Below are positions 61,809-64,000 of a stretch of 64,000 bases of DNA, in pieces. Position 1 is the first letter of the stretch; each line of letters begins with the position of its first letter. The notes beneath the pieces are model-generated. The model was not told the DNA's origin. It worked only from the letters and a program-made list of their open reading frames with translations, and searched no databases. Position numbers and translations under genes: made by a program. The stretch comes from Arcobacteraceae bacterium (lineage in GTDB: Bacteria > Campylobacterota > Campylobacteria > Campylobacterales > Arcobacteraceae). The stretch covers positions 2,368,001 to 2,432,000 of the forward strand of contig OY759974.1 in assembly GCA_963662945.1 (NCBI GenBank). The letters run 5' to 3'.

Positions 61809-64000
61809 TATTTTGTTTCTGTTTTCTTTTTAGTTGTAGTTGTTTTTTTTGCCGTAGTTTTTTTTGCAGGCACTTTTTTTGTTGTTGTTTTGCTTGCAGT
61901 TTTCTTTGCAGGTGCTTTTCGTCCACCTTTAGTTGGTTGATTTTTGATAATCTCTTGTATCTCTTTAAAATTTAAAGCTTTGATATCTTGTTCATCAAGC
62001 TCTTTAGGAAGTTTGTAGTTCTTTTTCTTTGATTTGATATAAGGACCATATCTTCCCACAAGTATTTGAGTATCTTCTTCTGGAAAGTCTTTAATTAAAG
62101 ATTTTGCTTTTGCTTCTTGAAGTTCTTTGATTACCTCTAATGCTCTTGAGTGTGTTATGGTATATGGATCATCTTCTTTTAAACTAAAAAATTCACTTTT
62201 TACTTGTAAATATGGACCAAATCTTCCAATATTTACTTTTATCTCATTCCCATTTTCATCATTTCCCAAAGCTTTAGGAAGTGTTAATAATGTTTGTGCT
62301 TCTTCAAGTGTAATACTATTTACACTTATATTTGCAGGAATTGAAGCTATTTTTGGTTTTTCTTCATCTTCTTTGTCACCTAGTTGGACATAAGGACCAT
62401 ATTGACCAACTCGTGCAGTTACAGGTTTTCCTGTTTTTTCATCAATACCAAGTTCTCGAATATCTGAAAATTTAGCACGAGGAGCATTTTCCTCTTTATC
62501 TTCAATATTTTTTACAAAAGGTTGATAAAACTCTTTCATAACATCTTCCCAAGCTATTTTACCTTCAGCTATTTGGTCAAATTCTTCTTCAATATGAGCA
62601 GTAAAACCTAAATCAACAATATGTTCAAAATGTTCCACTAAAAAGTCATTTACCACTGTACCTATCAAAGTAGGTGCAAGTTTTTTATCTTCTGTTTTGA
62701 TGATATATTCTCTTGCTTGTATAGTAGCAATTGTTGGTGCATACGTAGAAGGTCTTCCAATTCCCTCAGCTTCCATTTTCTTAACTAAACTAGCTTCTGT
62801 ATATCTTGCAGGTGGTTTTGTGAAGTTTTGTTCACAAGTTAAACTTTCAAGATTTAACACAGTTCCTTTTTTGACTGTTGGAAGGATTACATCTTGATTA
62901 TCTAAAGCTGCTTCTGGATCATCACTTCCTTCTGTATAAGCTTTCATAAATCCAGCAAATACTATTCTTGTTCCTTTAGCTTGAAATTCATATTCTTTAT
63001 TTTTTCCAGCACTGATTTTATACGTTGTATTTGCTACAACAGCTTGTGCCATTTGTGTTGCTATAGTTCTTTTCCAAATAAGACTATAAAGTCTATATTG
63101 GGCATTATCAAGATAAGGTCTTACATCACTTGGTTTTAAAGCAAGATTTACAGGTCTGATTGCTTCGTGAGCTTCTTGTGCACCTTTTGCTTTGCTTTTG
63201 TAGTGTCGTGGGCTTCCTAGTGCATACTCTTTTCCATATTCACTTGAAATCACCTCTTTTGCCATAGATGTAGCAAATGTCGAAAGATTAACACTATCTG
63301 TTCTCATATACGTAATAAGACCACCAGTATGTCCTGGAACATTTACGCTACCTTCATAAAGCTGTTGAGCCACTATCATAGTTTGTTTTACACCAAAACC
63401 AGCTTTTCTACTTGCTTCTTGTTGCAATGTTGAAGTTGTAAAAGGAGGAGCAGGGTTTCTTTTGCTTTCTTTTTCTTCTATATCTTCTAGGATATATTGT
63501 CCTTGTTTACAACTATTTTCTACAACTCTTGCTTCTGCTTCATTATTTACTTTTGCTGTTTTACCATCAATTTTTGCTAATTCTGCTCTAAATTCTGGAG
63601 TATTAAATTCTGTTTTTATTTTCCAAAATTCAACAGGGATGAAAGCTTCAATCTCTCTTTCTCTATCAACAATAATTCTAACTGCAACACTTTGAACTCT
63701 TCCAGCACTTAATCCGTATCGTACTTTTTTCCATAATAGAGGAGAAAGTTTGTATCCAACTGCTCTATCTAAAATTCTTCTTGCTTGTTGTGCATCTACA
63801 AGATGTTGATCCACATCTCTTGGGTTTTCTAGTGCTTCAAGAATTGCATTTTTTGTAATTTCGTGAAAAACGATTCTTTTTATTGGATTTTTTTGTATTT
63901 TAAGTGCTGGGATAAGATGCCATGCAATAGCTTCTCCCTCTCTATCCTCATCGGCCGCGAGGTAGATAACTGTATCTTTTGTGATCTGTTTCTTTAAGTC
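61808..64000 (-). CDS. topA: DNA topoisomerase I (type IA), 5' end cut by window edge
   Basis: Frame stays open to the edge (YLAADEDREGEAIAWH Toprim); SAGRVQS, ITYMRTDS, AHEAIRP, GIGRPSTY. Confidence 0.97.
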   Translation of the reverse strand, partial: DLKKQITKDTVIYLAADEDREGEAIAWHLIPALKIQKNPIKRIVFHEITKNAILEALENPRDVDQHLVDAQQARRILDRAVGYKLSPLLWKKVRYGLSAGRVQSVAVRIIVDREREIEAFIPVEFWKIKTEFNTPEFRAELAKIDGKTAKVNNEAEARVVENSCKQGQYILEDIEEKESKRNPAPPFTTSTLQQEASRKAGFGVKQTMIVAQQLYEGSVNVPGHTGGLITYMRTDSVNLSTFATSMAKEVISSEYGKEYALGSPRHYKSKAKGAQEAHEAIRPVNLALKPSDVRPYLDNAQYRLYSLIWKRTIATQMAQAVVANTTYKISAGKNKEYEFQAKGTRIVFAGFMKAYTEGSDDPEAALDNQDVILPTVKKGTVLNLESLTCEQNFTKPPARYTEASLVKKMEAEGIGRPSTYAPTIATIQAREYIIKTEDKKLAPTLIGTVVNDFLVEHFEHIVDLGFTAHIEEEFDQIAEGKIAWEDVMKEFYQPFVKNIEDKEENAPRAKFSDIRELGIDEKTGKPVTARVGQYGPYVQLGDKEDEEKPKIASIPANISVNSITLEEAQTLLTLPKALGNDENGNEIKVNIGRFGPYLQVKSEFFSLKEDDPYTITHSRALEVIKELQEAKAKSLIKDFPEEDTQILVGRYGPYIKSKKKNYKLPKELDEQDIKALNFKEIQEIIKNQPTKGGRKAPAKKTASKTTTKKVPAKKTTAKKTTTTKKKTETK

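Noticed and set aside
61811-61925. Low-complexity T-rich DNA as a tandem repeat or contingency locus
   Set aside because: Explained by the Lys/Thr/Ala-rich TopA tail encoded on the minus strand

Overview
AT-rich (roughly 30% GC by eye) bacterial chromosomal window, most consistent with Campylobacterota, probably Arcobacteraceae-like (oorDABC, fused ccsBA, futalosine-type UbiD decarboxylase, extended TGnTATAAT promoters). It is mostly housekeeping and central metabolism: nadB, nhaD, guaA, gmhBA, apt, trpB, pepA, malic enzyme, ychF, cmoB, sucCD, two-subunit fumarase, mdh, oorDABC, valS, purU, trmL, murF, metE and a partial topA. It also has many signalling genes, a MarR-dioxygenase-pirin operon with visible operators, and a two-component/SQR/DUF1641 block. 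I found no tRNA, rRNA, CRISPR-Cas, transposase or phage genes. The main leads are: (1) a Cys-rich ORF ending RRTGVHPP directly upstream of metE, a candidate ribosome-arrest leader; (2) a 36-bp in-frame palindromic insert in the metE N-terminus; (3) an unannotated 46-aa peptide, 54% acidic, downstream of an Mrr nuclease and a REP-like repeat pair (possible DNA mimic); (4) an unannotated leaderless 4-Cys microprotein before an HTH-dUTPase fusion; (5) a 105-bp hairpin element at the guaA 3' end. All product calls come from motif recognition; no database searches were run.
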